From Phycisphaerae bacterium (GTDB taxonomy: Bacteria; Planctomycetota; Phycisphaerae; Sedimentisphaerales; SM23-30): 64,000 bases of DNA. The notes beneath the pieces were generated by a model, which saw only the letters and a program-made list of their open reading frames with translations, did not search any database and was not told where the DNA came from. Every line of letters starts with the position of its first letter. The stretch's first letter is position 1. The translations under genes were made by a program, and so were the position numbers. Location: contig JAEIOG010000002.1 of assembly GCA_016342495.1 (NCBI GenBank), positions 9,320 through 73,319 of the forward strand, given 5' to 3'. This document shows, piece by piece, positions 48,273 through 59,611 of this stretch.

Positions 48273-49415
48273 ATGTATGAGATCCCAGAAAAACTTGAAA
48301 GCCCAGAGCTGGCAGGAATTCATTTTGATACGGTCGCTTTTGATCTCATCAGAAATATGCCAATGGGTGTGATCGCCTTTGACGCAAATTTAATCATTAG
48401 CGACAGCAACCATCAAGGTCAGGATATTTTACATTGTCAAAAGCATCAAAATATCGCCGCAATCTTAACAGCTGCTACAGGCCATAATTGCGATACGGAC
48501 TGGGTTGAAATAATATCAAATGCATTGCAGGGAACAAAATCAGTTACCTTTGACGATCTTGAATTCAAGAATAACGATGTCGATCTGGTACTGCGAATCA
48601 TTTGCATACCGATGAAAACTGAATATGACCATGAATGCCCTGGCGGTGTTTTCTTAGTTGAAGACATTACCAGTTATGTAAGAATGCAGCAAGAGTTGGC
48701 AATGACCGAAAAATTAGCTTCGGTTGGCAAGCTTGCAGCTAAGGTTGCCCATGAACTCAATAATCCGCTGGATGGCATTTTACGTTATTTGAATTTAGCG
48801 GTCCGGGTCTTACAGGAATCAAATCAGGACCAGCCCATAAAATATTTAGAGCAATGCCAAAAAGGCGTGCTACGTATGGCCAAGATTGTAAATGAGTTGC
48901 TGGACTTTTCACGCAGCAGCACCCAGGCGACCCAGCAGGCTAATATAAATGACATTATCGTCGATGCTATTAAATCGATGCAGCCTTTGGCCAATGATAA
49001 GAAAATTATAATTAAGCAAAATCTCGCTGACAATATGCCTTCTATTCGTAGTGGCAACCTGTTTCAGGTATTTACCAATCTCATCAAAAATGCGATTGAC
49101 GCAATGCGATATGACGGCAGTATCAGCATCAACAGCAATATCATTAATAATAATATAGTCATTGCTTTTGCCGACACCGGCGCTGGCATCGACGATGATA
49201 TTGTCGACAAAATTTTTGAACCTTTCTTTACTACCAAAGAAAGCGGCAAAGGCACAGGTTTGGGCCTGGCCATCTGCAAAGATATTGTTCAGCGTTATAA
49301 TGGAACCATAATCGCAAAAAATAAAACCGACAGAACCGGTACAATATTTACAATTAATATCCCCATACAAAGTACCAGCTGGGTCAAGGGTCAAGAAAAT
49401 TACCGAGGAAAATAA
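48273..49415 (+). CDS. PAS-domain sensor histidine kinase (NtrB-like)
   Basis: [22 protein letters not shown]-box, [38 protein letters not shown]. Confidence 0.95.
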   Translation: MYEIPEKLESPELAGIHFDTVAFDLIRNMPMGVIAFDANLIISDSNHQGQDILHCQKHQNIAAILTAATGHNCDTDWVEIISNALQGTKSVTFDDLEFKNNDVDLVLRIICIPMKTEYDHECPGGVFLVEDITSYVRMQQELAMTEKLASVGKLAAKVAHELNNPLDGILRYLNLAVRVLQESNQDQPIKYLEQCQKGVLRMAKIVNELLDFSRSSTQATQQANINDIIVDAIKSMQPLANDKKIIIKQNLADNMPSIRSGNLFQVFTNLIKNAIDAMRYDGSISINSNIINNNIVIAFADTGAGIDDDIVDKIFEPFFTTKESGKGTGLGLAICKDIVQRYNGTIIAKNKTDRTGTIFTINIPIQSTSWVKGQENYRGK

Positions 49416-50815
49416 TGGATAATAAATCAATACTTGTCGTCGATGATGAAATGATAATTAGAGATTCGCTTTGTGAATTTCTTAAACTTGAAGGCTACCA
49501 TTGCAATAGCGCCGACAGTTTCAAAAATGCCTTAGTACAGCTCGAACAGCATCCATACAACATGGTTATTACCGATGTCAATATGCCCGAAGCTGATGGC
49601 TTTGAATTATTGCGCGTCGTTCGCAAACGATATCCTGATATTGCTATCGTCGTTATCACTGGCTATGGCACTATCGAAAGTGCGATAGGCGCTATTAAAG
49701 CCGGGGCATTCAATTATCTCACCAAGCCTATTGTCGATGACGAAATTCGTGTTATTGTCTCAAAAGCATTGGAACAGCAGGCACTGCTCAGCGAAAACAA
49801 ACAATTGAAACAAAAGCTTTCCAATCGCTATGGCATGGAAAACATCATCGGCACCGACTACAAAATGCTCAAAGTTTTTGATATGGTCGAAGCTGTTGCA
49901 CAAAGCAAAGCAACCGTGCTGCTATCGGGACAGAGTGGAACAGGCAAAAGCATTATCGCCCGTGCGATCCATCAGCGTTCAGACCGAATGACAAAACCTT
50001 TTGTCGAGCTAAGCTGTGGCTCACTGCCGGAAACATTATTGGAAAGTGAACTATTTGGCCATGTCAAAGGCTCCTTTACCGGCGCTGCCAGTGACAAGCA
50101 AGGTAAGTTTTTATCCGCTGATGGCGGCACACTATTTTTAGATGAGATTAATTCAGCGACACCTGGTTTACAAATGAAACTCTTGCGGGTCATTCAGGAA
50201 CGTCAGTTCGAACCGGTTGGCAGCAATGAAACCAAAACCGTTGATGTGCGTTTGGTCCTTGCCACAAATAGAGACCTGCAACAGCAAGTTCGCGAAGGCA
50301 AATTCCGTGAAGACCTTTATTATCGAATTAATGTTGTCAATATTGACCTGCCATCATTAGCTCAGCGTATCACCGACGTTCCAGTATTAGCTGAACATTT
50401 CCTGCAAAATATGTCATTAGTCCATGGCCGGGAAAAACATGGATTCACCGAAAAAGCGATGGCAAAACTGGAAGATTACCATTGGCCCGGCAATGTTCGC
50501 GAACTGGAAAATGTTGTCGAAAGAGCAGTAGTTCTAAGCACAGGATATTATATCGACATTATCGATCTGCCCCCACATATTGCCCAGCCCGCCAATGGCA
50601 CAATTATCAATGACTACAGTGCTATGACATTAAAGCAGGCTTTAGAGGAACCGGAAAAAAGAATCATCGAAGCCGCTCTGAAAAAGAATAATTTTAATCG
50701 CCAGGCAACCGCCGATACGCTGGGAATTAATCGAACGACACTTTACAAAAAAATGAAAAGCTATCAACTCGATATGGATAACGAATTCGCTAAATCACAA
50801 ATAATTGATTATTAA
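49415..50815 (+). CDS. Sigma-54-dependent response regulator (NtrC family)
   Basis: Receiver domain, GQSGTGKS, LESELFGHVKGSFTGA, GTLFLDEI, FREDLYYRINV, WPGNVRELEN, Fis-type HTH. Confidence 0.96.
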   Translation: MDNKSILVVDDEMIIRDSLCEFLKLEGYHCNSADSFKNALVQLEQHPYNMVITDVNMPEADGFELLRVVRKRYPDIAIVVITGYGTIESAIGAIKAGAFNYLTKPIVDDEIRVIVSKALEQQALLSENKQLKQKLSNRYGMENIIGTDYKMLKVFDMVEAVAQSKATVLLSGQSGTGKSIIARAIHQRSDRMTKPFVELSCGSLPETLLESELFGHVKGSFTGAASDKQGKFLSADGGTLFLDEINSATPGLQMKLLRVIQERQFEPVGSNETKTVDVRLVLATNRDLQQQVREGKFREDLYYRINVVNIDLPSLAQRITDVPVLAEHFLQNMSLVHGREKHGFTEKAMAKLEDYHWPGNVRELENVVERAVVLSTGYYIDIIDLPPHIAQPANGTIINDYSAMTLKQALEEPEKRIIEAALKKNNFNRQATADTLGINRTTLYKKMKSYQLDMDNEFAKSQIIDY

Positions 50816-50843
50816 TGAATATCGGAAGCTGTCAGGTTATATT

Positions 50844-50882
50844 ATAAAAAAACCCTCGATTTTACACCGAGGGTTTTTTTAT
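50844..50882. terminator. Bidirectional intrinsic terminator
   Basis: ATAAAAAAACCCTCG-ATTTTACAC-CGAGGGTTTTTTTAT. Confidence 0.88.
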
Positions 50883-50903
50883 TTTTAAGAACAATTGTGT
50901 GAT

Positions 50904-53213
50904 TTAATTGGTAAACAAAACCTTTGCGGGTATATTTTGTTTTTTGACGCCTGGGCCTTCATAAACAACTTTTAGCGATTCGGCTTCGCCCGCTTCAAAA
51001 TATCCCACGTGGATTTTATGCATACCTTTTTGCAATAGCACCTGACCACGAACCAGGTCACCGCCACCATGCAAACCATCATTATCGACGATCTTGGCCC
51101 CATCAATATACAGCACGCTACCATCATCACTGCTGGTATAGAAAGTATAAATGCCATCGGTTTCGATTTTGATATAGCCATCATATGCGACCGCAAAATT
51201 GTCAGGACGTGATTGTGGCAGAGCAAAATCTTTTTGCACACCGGTTTTTTTAGCAGTCATATTTTTGAAATCCGGTACTTTATTCAAACTGCCAGTTTCA
51301 TAATATGCAAATGTTATACCGGGTTTTACGACACCGGGATCAACAGCTTTTTGCATGGTCTGCTTTCTAAAGTTTCCAGTTACTATTGGGCTAAGCTTGC
51401 CGGATTTCGTTACCGTGCGGGCCTTGATTGTCATATTTGAATCAACTTTCAGCGGGCCTTTGAAAACTGGAGACTTGGCTGTTGGTTCGTTGCCATCAGT
51501 TGTATAGCGAACAGTTGCTCCTGCGATTGAAGCGGTTAAATCAATAGTTACATCCTTTTCAAAAACATAGCTTTTCTGCAGTCCAGCTGGGCCGGGCAAA
51601 CGGTAATTCGCACCGATATAATCCAGACGACTAAGGTGATAAGCTAAGCGTTTACTGAAATCTTCATAATTCTTATTTTCTTTTTTACTCCAGACCACTT
51701 CAGCCAGTGCACATGCTCGCGGCAGCAGCATATATTCTACCTGGGCAAAATTAGGAATATATTCGGTCCAGATATTAGCCTGAGCACCTAAGATATGCTT
51801 TGCCTGCTGGGCGTTAAGCACTGCGGGAATTGGTTCATAACTGTAAACTTTTTCCAGAGGTAAAAATCCGCCAATGGCCAATGGTTCATTTGCGGGTGTT
51901 CCCTGATAATGATCAAAATAGCAATGGCTGTTAGGAGTCATAATAACATCATGGCCTTCTTTAGCCGCGGCGATACCGCCAGCTTCGCCCCGCCAGCTCA
52001 TCACAGTTGCCTCTGGAGCCAGGCCACCTTCGAGAATTTCATCCCAGCCGATAATTTTGCGGCCTTTACTATTTAAGAATTTTTCGATACGTTTGATAAA
52101 ATAACTTTGCAGTTCATGTTCATTATGCAGACCTTCATCCTTGATACGCTTTTGACATTTGGGACATACCTTCCAGCTGGCCTTGGGACATTCATCGCCA
52201 CCGATATGGATATAGGTACCTGGGAAAAGATCTATTACTTCGGTAAGAACATCTTGTAAGAATTCAAAAGTCTTTTCATCACCGGCACAGTAAACTTCCT
52301 TAAATACACCCCAGGTTTGAGCAACTTTATAAGGGCCACCGGTACAGCCCAATTCTGGATAAGCCGCCAACGCTGCCAGTGAATGACCCGGTAATTCGAT
52401 TTCAGGGATAACAGTCACATAACGCTCTGCTGCATATTTTACAACATCACGAATTTCATCCTGAGTATAAAAACCGCCATGTTTTTTGCCATCATATTTA
52501 CCTGTATTCTTACCGATAACAGTCTGGTCACGCCAGGCAGAAATTTCAGTGAGCTTAGGATACTTTTTGATTTCGATACGCCAACCCTGATCTTCTGTCA
52601 GATGCCAATGGAAACGATTCATCTTGTGCATGGCCAAATAATCAATATATTTTTTGACTGAAGCGGCATCTTCAAAATGGCGGGCAACATCTAAATGCAT
52701 CCCGCGATATCCAAAGCGTGGCTGGTCCTGAATTCGCACCGGCGGGACAGTCCACTTTATATTTTTGACTTTGGTTTTGCTTTCGATTTCAGCTGGCAAT
52801 AATTGACGAAGGGTCTGGCAGCCATAAAATACGCCCTGGGCGGTTTTTGCCGAAATCGCGACCCCAAATGGCGTGGTCGAAAGGAAATAGCCTTCATCGC
52901 CAATATCAGTTTTAGGCTTTTTAGTCACAGCCAAAATAATCATTCCACCGCTTAAGTCTTTCAAGTCTTTCTGATCGATAACCTTTAAATCAAAGCCGGT
53001 AGCTGGCTTAATCAGCTTTGCGAAATATTTACCCACTGGTGCAGTCATTTCATCAACAATAATTTTGGTTGAACTGGTTATGACAAAATCGCTACCTTCA
53101 ATTTCAGTAATCTTATCAGGTCTGGGAATAATATTAATATTTTCCAGTGCCGCAAAACCCGGACCAGTTAGTAATAACAATAATACAACAATAGTCAATA
53201 AAACTCTTCGCAT
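50904..53213 (-). CDS. GH20 beta-N-acetylhexosaminidase with Fn3-associated and PA14 domains
   Basis: Signal peptide, YRGMHLDVARH, FHWHLTEDQGWR, IHIGGDE, GWDE, WTEY, YTTDG.EP, SDDGS..IVDNDGLH; GGAGG RBS before ATG 53213. Confidence 0.96.
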   Translation of the reverse strand: MRRVLLTIVVLLLLLTGPGFAALENINIIPRPDKITEIEGSDFVITSSTKIIVDEMTAPVGKYFAKLIKPATGFDLKVIDQKDLKDLSGGMIILAVTKKPKTDIGDEGYFLSTTPFGVAISAKTAQGVFYGCQTLRQLLPAEIESKTKVKNIKWTVPPVRIQDQPRFGYRGMHLDVARHFEDAASVKKYIDYLAMHKMNRFHWHLTEDQGWRIEIKKYPKLTEISAWRDQTVIGKNTGKYDGKKHGGFYTQDEIRDVVKYAAERYVTVIPEIELPGHSLAALAAYPELGCTGGPYKVAQTWGVFKEVYCAGDEKTFEFLQDVLTEVIDLFPGTYIHIGGDECPKASWKVCPKCQKRIKDEGLHNEHELQSYFIKRIEKFLNSKGRKIIGWDEILEGGLAPEATVMSWRGEAGGIAAAKEGHDVIMTPNSHCYFDHYQGTPANEPLAIGGFLPLEKVYSYEPIPAVLNAQQAKHILGAQANIWTEYIPNFAQVEYMLLPRACALAEVVWSKKENKNYEDFSKRLAYHLSRLDYIGANYRLPGPAGLQKSYVFEKDVTIDLTASIAGATVRYTTDGNEPTAKSPVFKGPLKVDSNMTIKARTVTKSGKLSPIVTGNFRKQTMQKAVDPGVVKPGITFAYYETGSLNKVPDFKNMTAKKTGVQKDFALPQSRPDNFAVAYDGYIKIETDGIYTFYTSSDDGSVLYIDGAKIVDNDGLHGGGDLVRGQVLLQKGMHKIHVGYFEAGEAESLKVVYEGPGVKKQNIPAKVLFTN

Positions 53214-53247
53214 AACAATGCCTCCAAAAAAAATTAATTTTATACCT

Positions 53248-53754
53248 TTAATTCTCAATTATCATTTCAATATCTTCAAACCTGGCAAGCTGGACATTTT
53301 TGCAAACCTTGTCAGCATCAAACACCCTGCCACTCATCGCGATATATACGCCTGGACCTTTGCATTGGACCGCCGCTACCGCCAACCCTAAATTAAATTC
53401 AGCATCGGTAAATTTGAACCTTGCCGGCGACAATGCCCCGGTCAGCACAATTGTTTTACCTTTTATCTCCGATAGCTTCAGGGCACTTTTAACCATAGTA
53501 TCGGTGCCATGCGTTACCACAATATATTTATTTTCGTCAGCGGCGACTCTGTCAAATAGCAGTTGCCGGTCTGCGTCTGTCATTTCCAGGCTGTCCTTTT
53601 GCATAATCGATTCACTTTCATATTCGAAAGTTATATTTGCTTCTTCCAGCAAACCAATCAATTGCGGACTACCTATCTGATATTCACTTTTCGCATCGAA
53701 ATATATTTTATCGATTGTACCACCAACCGAGAAAAACTTAATTTTCATAACCAT
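53248..53754 (-). CDS. Short asparaginase-domain protein (N-terminal domain only)
   Basis: GGTIDK.Y, KDSL, THGTDTM, VLTGA..P, DA.FNLG. Confidence 0.85.
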   Translation of the reverse strand: MVMKIKFFSVGGTIDKIYFDAKSEYQIGSPQLIGLLEEANITFEYESESIMQKDSLEMTDADRQLLFDRVAADENKYIVVTHGTDTMVKSALKLSEIKGKTIVLTGALSPARFKFTDAEFNLGLAVAAVQCKGPGVYIAMSGRVFDADKVCKNVQLARFEDIEMIIEN

Positions 53755-53794
53755 TCTCCACTAGCTTAACAAAATATGAATCGCAAGATACATG

Positions 53795-53815
53795 GTAGGA
53801 TGGGACCTGCCCATG
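53795..53815 (+). repeat. Isolated GTAG-type REP variant
   Basis: GTAGGATGGGACCTGCCCATG. Confidence 0.6.
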
Positions 53816-53835
53816 TTGATAAAACTAAAATATTG

Positions 53836-55110
53836 CTAGCTTTTTTTAATCGCCTTAGCACCAATATCGGTTCGGTAAACTGCATCATCAAATTTAACTT
53901 TGGCGACTGCTTCATAAGCACGCTTTTGGGCATCGGCGATGTCGCTACCCAAAGCAGTAACACAAAGCACGCGTCCGCCGCTATTGACTAAGGTTTCGCC
54001 TTCGGTTTTGGTGCCGGCATGGAAAACTTTCACATCGTCAACCGCTTCGGCTTGATCGATACCGGTAATCACCTTACCTTTTTCATAAGCATCAGGGTAA
54101 CCACCGGAGGCCATCACCACGCCAACTGCTGGTCGTGGATCCCATTTTAATGTTATTTCATCCAGCTTGCCATCAGCACAGGCGATCATCGCTTCGAGCA
54201 AATCACTTTGCAGACGCATAAGAATTGGCTGAGTTTCCGGGTCGCCAAAACGTACATTAAATTCCAAAACCCGTGGGCCACCAGCTGTGATCATAATACC
54301 GGCATAAAGCAAACCTTTATAAGGAGTTTCATTTCGGTTCATTCCATCGACAACCGGTACGAGCACTTCTCTTTCGATTTGACTCATCAGCTTTTCGGTA
54401 ACACAGGGTGCCGGACTGTATGCGCCCATGCCGCCAGTATTAGGGCCTTTATCACCATCACATAAAGGTTTATGATCCTGTGATGATTCCAAAACATAAA
54501 TATTGCGGCCATCAACAAAAGCTAAAATCGATGCTTCCTGGCCCAGCATTTTTTCTTCTACAATAATCTGTCGGCCAGCATCTCCAAAAATTCTGTCTTT
54601 CATGATTTTTTCAGCGGCACGCAAAGCCTCCGAAGGTTCATTGCAAACATAGACACCCTTGCCTTTAGCCAGACCGGCGGCCTTGATTACCACACCATTT
54701 TCACGGGATGCGATATATTCATAAGCGGTATCATAATCATCGAAAATTCGAGCTTCTGCTGTCGGGATAGAAAATGATTGCATAATCTTTTTGGCAAAAG
54801 CCTTGTCAGCTTCCAACTGGGCAGCCGGGCCGCTTGGGCCAAAAGCCTTGATGCCAACAGCCTCGAGCTTATCAACTAAGCCTAAAGCCAGAGGATCTTC
54901 TGGCCCGACCACTACAAAGTTAATCAATTTTTCTTTGGCGAACTTGACCAAACCTTCAATATCGGTATCAGATACATCTACATTAGTGCCAAATTGGGCC
55001 GTCCCGGGATTACCCGGAGCTATATATAGATGGCGACATAATTTAGACTTTGATAATTTCCACGCCAGAGCATGTTCACGACCGCCGCCACCAACCAGTA
55101 ATACTTTCAT
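53836..55110 (-). CDS. purD: Phosphoribosylamine--glycine ligase
   Basis: GGGGREHALAW, APGNPG, VVGPE.PL, GLAKGKGV, QDHK...GD.GPNTGGMGAYSP, EFNVRFGDPETQ, GGRVL. Confidence 0.98.
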   Translation of the reverse strand: MKVLLVGGGGREHALAWKLSKSKLCRHLYIAPGNPGTAQFGTNVDVSDTDIEGLVKFAKEKLINFVVVGPEDPLALGLVDKLEAVGIKAFGPSGPAAQLEADKAFAKKIMQSFSIPTAEARIFDDYDTAYEYIASRENGVVIKAAGLAKGKGVYVCNEPSEALRAAEKIMKDRIFGDAGRQIIVEEKMLGQEASILAFVDGRNIYVLESSQDHKPLCDGDKGPNTGGMGAYSPAPCVTEKLMSQIEREVLVPVVDGMNRNETPYKGLLYAGIMITAGGPRVLEFNVRFGDPETQPILMRLQSDLLEAMIACADGKLDEITLKWDPRPAVGVVMASGGYPDAYEKGKVITGIDQAEAVDDVKVFHAGTKTEGETLVNSGGRVLCVTALGSDIADAQKRAYEAVAKVKFDDAVYRTDIGAKAIKKS

Positions 55111-55289
55111 CTTATTTTCCTGTTTATATAGTTTAAGGATTGTGCTGAAATAATAAAAATACAGTTGGCTAATTTTACCGGATTTCTACTCTTTTTAAAA
55201 GATACTAATCCGATATTTTTATTTAATTATACCAATGGCAACATCACAACCTTCTACTTATATATCACCGGCCTGGCGAGAATTACCTG

Positions 55290-56141
55290 TTATTTTTGGC
55301 ATTTTGGACAAAAATGACTGCTGCGGCCAGAAATTTTGATTTTTTCTATATCACAACCGCATTTTCTACAAGGTTGACCGTCGCGGCCATAGACATAGAG
55401 CATTTTCTTAAATTTGCCCATTTCGCCATAGGCATTGCGATAATCGGAAAAGGTTGTTCCGCCATTTTTGATGGCTTTTTTGAGGATTTTTCGGATATTT
55501 TCGGCTAATTTTGGTATTTTCGTGCCCGTTACCGCCCGAGATTTTGTCTCTGGATGAATGCCGGTAGCGAAAAGCGATTCATCAACATAGATATTTCCAA
55601 GGCCAGCAATCCGAGTTTGATCCAGCAATAAGGTTTTGATAAGTCTTTCATTATCAAGTATTTGCGTTAATTCTTTAGTTGTTACCCCGGTGGCTTCTGG
55701 GCCTAAAGAGCCCATACCCAGCTGACACATTTGCCTATCCAGTAACTTGGCATTAGAAGTTTCCAAACTCAATAATAGCCAAACCCGGCCAAAACGTCGG
55801 GGGTCAACATAACATAAACGTCTGTCATCACATAATTTAAGCGTCATATGCGTATGCTTATCAACTGGGTCGTCCTGCTGCTTAATCAAAAACTTACCGG
55901 TCATGCCCAACTGAATAAGCATTGCTAAGTCATTGTCATATAAGATGATAAGTCGTTTTGCCCGGCGGATGATCTTTTTTATCCTGCTACCTTGATACCG
56001 GGTAATAAATTCCTGCCAAATACTGGCAAATGGCCCATAAACAATATCACCGCGTGCGATTTCGGCATTTTTTATTTCCAGGCCCAAAACCTGCTGGCGT
56101 AAACCTATCGCGATATTTTCAACTTCGGGCAATTCGGGCAT
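55290..56141 (-). CDS. mutM: Formamidopyrimidine-DNA glycosylase
   Basis: MPELPEVE, RRAK, LGMTG, DPRRFG, LLDQ..IAGLGNIY.DE.LF, C-terminal zinc finger CRKC...CPKCQ. Confidence 0.97.
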   Translation of the reverse strand: MPELPEVENIAIGLRQQVLGLEIKNAEIARGDIVYGPFASIWQEFITRYQGSRIKKIIRRAKRLIILYDNDLAMLIQLGMTGKFLIKQQDDPVDKHTHMTLKLCDDRRLCYVDPRRFGRVWLLLSLETSNAKLLDRQMCQLGMGSLGPEATGVTTKELTQILDNERLIKTLLLDQTRIAGLGNIYVDESLFATGIHPETKSRAVTGTKIPKLAENIRKILKKAIKNGGTTFSDYRNAYGEMGKFKKMLYVYGRDGQPCRKCGCDIEKIKISGRSSHFCPKCQK

Positions 56142-56229
56142 ATTTTACTCCAATATTCTAGCTTTTATGCTATATTTAAAGGCAAGTTTATCACGTATAC
56201 AATTATTCTAGCACTTTTGGGAACTCAAT

Positions 56230-57318
56230 ATGTATTATTTTTTCTATATTCTATTATTTGGCCTGCTTTCGATGAGCTATTATGTCCTGTGGCGATCGGT
56301 TGGCTTCTTTAATATCAAAAGGCGATATCTTTTCCATTTTGCCTGGCTGATGCTCAGCGTCAGTTATATTGCCGGGGCCATTCTGAATAAAGTTTATGGC
56401 GGACTATTTGGTCGTTGTTGTGAAAAAGCCGGGGCATTATGGTTTGGTATTTTGCTTATTAGTATTACCGTCCTGGTGGCTTATGAAGTGATTAAGTATT
56501 TTTTCCCTAAGACCAAAAGAAAATTTGTTGGGAAAATGGGGGTTATTGTCATTGTTGTATTGTCCATTTATGCTTATTGGCATGATAGTCAACTGAAAGT
56601 TAAAACATATCAGTTTAATTGTGATAATGAAATGACAATTGTTCAAATAAGCGATACCCACATTGGCACTATCGCTTATAAGCGATTTGAAAAAATTGTA
56701 GATTTGACTATCCAGCAGAATCCTGATGTTGTTGTCATTACCGGTGATATGTTTGACCATGGGCCGGAAGATGAATTATTGGAAATCGCCAAACTAATTG
56801 ATAGTATAGAAGTGCCGGTTTATATGGTCTATGGCAATCACGATAAGTATGTTGATCGCAGGGTATTAAATAAAGATGACAATACAAATGAAATGCCGCT
56901 GGTCCAGAAAATACTTTCACAAACCAAAGTCAAAGTTTTAATAAATGAAACAATAGATTTTAATGGCGTTCAGTTTATCGGAGGATATTCACCGCTTTGG
57001 TCTGCTCCGCTTGATAAAACTTTTGATATTGTGAAGGTTGACAGAGAAAAATATAATATCCTGCTTTATCATTGGCCTACTGATACCCAGCTGGCCGCAG
57101 ATAGTGGTATCGACCTTATGCTTACCGGCCATACACATGGGGGACAGGTAATTCCGTTTGGGTTGGCTGTCTTTGCATTTTTTGACCATATCTATGGTTT
57201 GCATAAAATTGATGATATGAATTTGATAGTCAGCAGCGGTGCGGGCTATTGGGCACCACCTATGCGACTGGGTAGCGATAGCGAAATTGTGGTTATAAAA
57301 TTGGGTAAGGATAAATAG
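56230..57318 (+). CDS. Membrane-anchored metallophosphoesterase (YkuE/YaeI-like)
   Basis: N-terminal TMs; SDTHIG, TGDMFD, GNHD, GHTHGGQ, PPMRLG..SEI. Confidence 0.92.
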   Translation: MYYFFYILLFGLLSMSYYVLWRSVGFFNIKRRYLFHFAWLMLSVSYIAGAILNKVYGGLFGRCCEKAGALWFGILLISITVLVAYEVIKYFFPKTKRKFVGKMGVIVIVVLSIYAYWHDSQLKVKTYQFNCDNEMTIVQISDTHIGTIAYKRFEKIVDLTIQQNPDVVVITGDMFDHGPEDELLEIAKLIDSIEVPVYMVYGNHDKYVDRRVLNKDDNTNEMPLVQKILSQTKVKVLINETIDFNGVQFIGGYSPLWSAPLDKTFDIVKVDREKYNILLYHWPTDTQLAADSGIDLMLTGHTHGGQVIPFGLAVFAFFDHIYGLHKIDDMNLIVSSGAGYWAPPMRLGSDSEIVVIKLGKDK

Positions 57319-57390
57319 CCAGATTTGGCAAGTACATCATACCTGTCTGGAACATCAGGATTAATTTGCAAATTGTGAGCTTATAGGAAA

Positions 57391-57874
57391 ATGAGGGATC
57401 TCAATGAGTTAAATATGAATTTTTATGGTTATCCAATGGATGCTCCTATAGCTCCTACAAAGCCTGAAATTGAGGATTTTCAAATAGAATTTGGTATTGA
57501 ATTGCCAAAAGCATATATTGAATTTCTGGAATTTTCGAATGGGTGGGGGTTCTTCTCAACTTAATTGTTTTGTGTCAGTGGAGGCTGAGTTTAATGATGT
57601 TTGGGCTATTGATTTGTTTTACTCTTTGACCACTGATGGTCCATACTGTATTAATCTTAAAAATGCAATGCAAACATATGGCCCACGCATAGGAGATAAT
57701 TGTTTGCCGATTGCATGTGATGGTGGGGATAATCAGATATTCTTAAACTTTAAATTTCAACCAGCAAAGGTACAATTATGCATTCATGATGAATGTTTCA
57801 AAATAATTGATGTTGCTAATTGCTTTGAAGATTTCATTGATAGGTTATATTTGGAGCCTGAGTTAGATTTTTAA
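57391..57874 (+). pseudogene. SMI1/KNR4 (SUKH) family protein split by a one-base frameshift
   Basis: ATG 57391 gives ...IEDFQIEFGIELPKAYIEFLEFSNG; the continuation GGSSQLNCF...PIACDGGDN.I....VA..FEDFI..L is in another frame; the shift lies in GGGTGGGGG at 57541-57549. Confidence 0.82.
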
Positions 57875-58095
57875 TTTGTGTGTAGATCGAGGGGGGGGCG
57901 GTTACCTTGGTAACTAATTGTTAAAATTCAGGAATTAACGATAGAATGCAAATTCAATGGTTGAGGCTACCGCACCATCGGGCTTGCCAGGCAAGACCAA
58001 TGCCACCCCATTAATATATTGAGCCTAAACGAGATAACAGGCACCCGGCGACAGTCGAGTAAAATAATTGTGTCTAATTAATATATTTTGTGTAA

Positions 58096-59400
58096 TCAAA
58101 GCTTTTCTTTTTGTTGCTTTTTATAATAAACAACACAGATAAACAATAGCAATAGGATGCCAAAAGCTAACCAAAGCAGTGTCATATCAAAGTTTTCTTT
58201 GTTTTCTGATTCAATTTCATTGTCTTTAGTAATAGCAACTTCATCTACAGTTTCTTGTTGGCCAGAATCTGGATTCAATTGTTTAGTTTCTATTTCTTTC
58301 TCTCCAAGAGCATACTTTTTAACGCTTTCAAAGCCTTCATCTTGCCATGCACTTATATCAGGAACCTCAATATCCAATGGTTTTCCCTTGACAGTTTTAT
58401 CGATAATCCTTGATATCCCCCTAGGCACACGAACATCAAAAAACGAATCCGACACTTGGGGATTAAGAACAATACTACTATCATCAAATTCAACTTCTTC
58501 AATCACATCAATCTCACTTTTACCCGCAGCTAGCATTTTATATGTGATATCAACCCATCTCAATGGTCTATATACTCCCTCATGCAATTGTTGAATATTG
58601 AATGCCTCTATCTTTCGGATCAAGCAATTATTCTCAGGATGTCGATATTCTGTTTTTACTGACATATAGCCCATTTCTGGAATAACGGTGTGATATACGT
58701 CCCACAATCCCAAAGAAAAATCAGTCGGCTCTTGCTTAATAACGATAGCACTTTTCCCTTCAAAACTAGTTGTTTCAACTATTGAAACTTTATCTGAAGT
58801 ATAAAGTCGATTGGGCAATCCTGCCCACTGACTTGTAAAATGAAGATCATTTTTTATCATATTTGAATTAGCCGTATTCTCCCAATCAACTACTGCATGA
58901 GAGGCTATTTCACTAAAGACCAATGTTTTTTCACCATCACATACATAAGTTACCGGTAGATACTTATCTGTAGAATCCCAGTCTAGAATCTTGTAAGAGT
59001 ATCGGTTATTTTTTCTATCAATCACCCCTTCATATCGTTCGGTATTTACGGTATAACCATTATTGTTTTTGACTTGCTCAATTCTAATGAGCATTGCCTT
59101 TCTCATTTTATCTTTCTCACCTGTTGATAATGCTCCGCCTTCTATAAGAGCTTCATACCGTTTTTTAATATTCTCTTCAGCATTTTCCCCAGCATTAGTT
59201 TTAATTATTCGCGTAAAAGAACCTTTAAAACTCTGGGCCTTGCTATTGGCTTCAATCATTTTCAAAGCAATATCTGTAGCACTAATACTTTCACTTCCAA
59301 CAGCCAAAGTTAATCGTGCCCCATTAATTAATACCATAATAAAAAAGATAGGCAACACCCTTTTAAAAACAACAAAGACATACATTTTAAAATTTTTCAT
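58096..59400 (-). CDS. Hypothetical exported protein with C-terminal TM anchor
   Basis: Signal-like N-terminus, beta-rich body ending LNPQVSDSFF, acidic linker, TM, YYKKQQKEKL tail; AT-rich. Confidence 0.75.
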   Translation of the reverse strand: MKNFKMYVFVVFKRVLPIFFIMVLINGARLTLAVGSESISATDIALKMIEANSKAQSFKGSFTRIIKTNAGENAEENIKKRYEALIEGGALSTGEKDKMRKAMLIRIEQVKNNNGYTVNTERYEGVIDRKNNRYSYKILDWDSTDKYLPVTYVCDGEKTLVFSEIASHAVVDWENTANSNMIKNDLHFTSQWAGLPNRLYTSDKVSIVETTSFEGKSAIVIKQEPTDFSLGLWDVYHTVIPEMGYMSVKTEYRHPENNCLIRKIEAFNIQQLHEGVYRPLRWVDITYKMLAAGKSEIDVIEEVEFDDSSIVLNPQVSDSFFDVRVPRGISRIIDKTVKGKPLDIEVPDISAWQDEGFESVKKYALGEKEIETKQLNPDSGQQETVDEVAITKDNEIESENKENFDMTLLWLAFGILLLLFICVVYYKKQQKEKL

Positions 59401-59611
59401 TTTTTTTCCTTTAATAAAAGCTCAACCAATTTATACAATTTTTATAACTGCATACAATATTGAAAATAGGAATCACATAGAGTTAGCTTCAATTTACTAT
59501 AACTAATTAAAATATAATATTCTACTGACCATATATTTTTTATTTAATTAACAAGCACTAACTGTTGCTGAATTAGAATATCCGGCGTTAGGTAAAAATG
59601 TCTTCTCATAA

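Noticed and set aside
57320-57390. WQVHH peptide upstream of the SUKH gene as a nuclease toxin remnant
   Set aside because: Only about a dozen codons; chance similarity cannot be excluded
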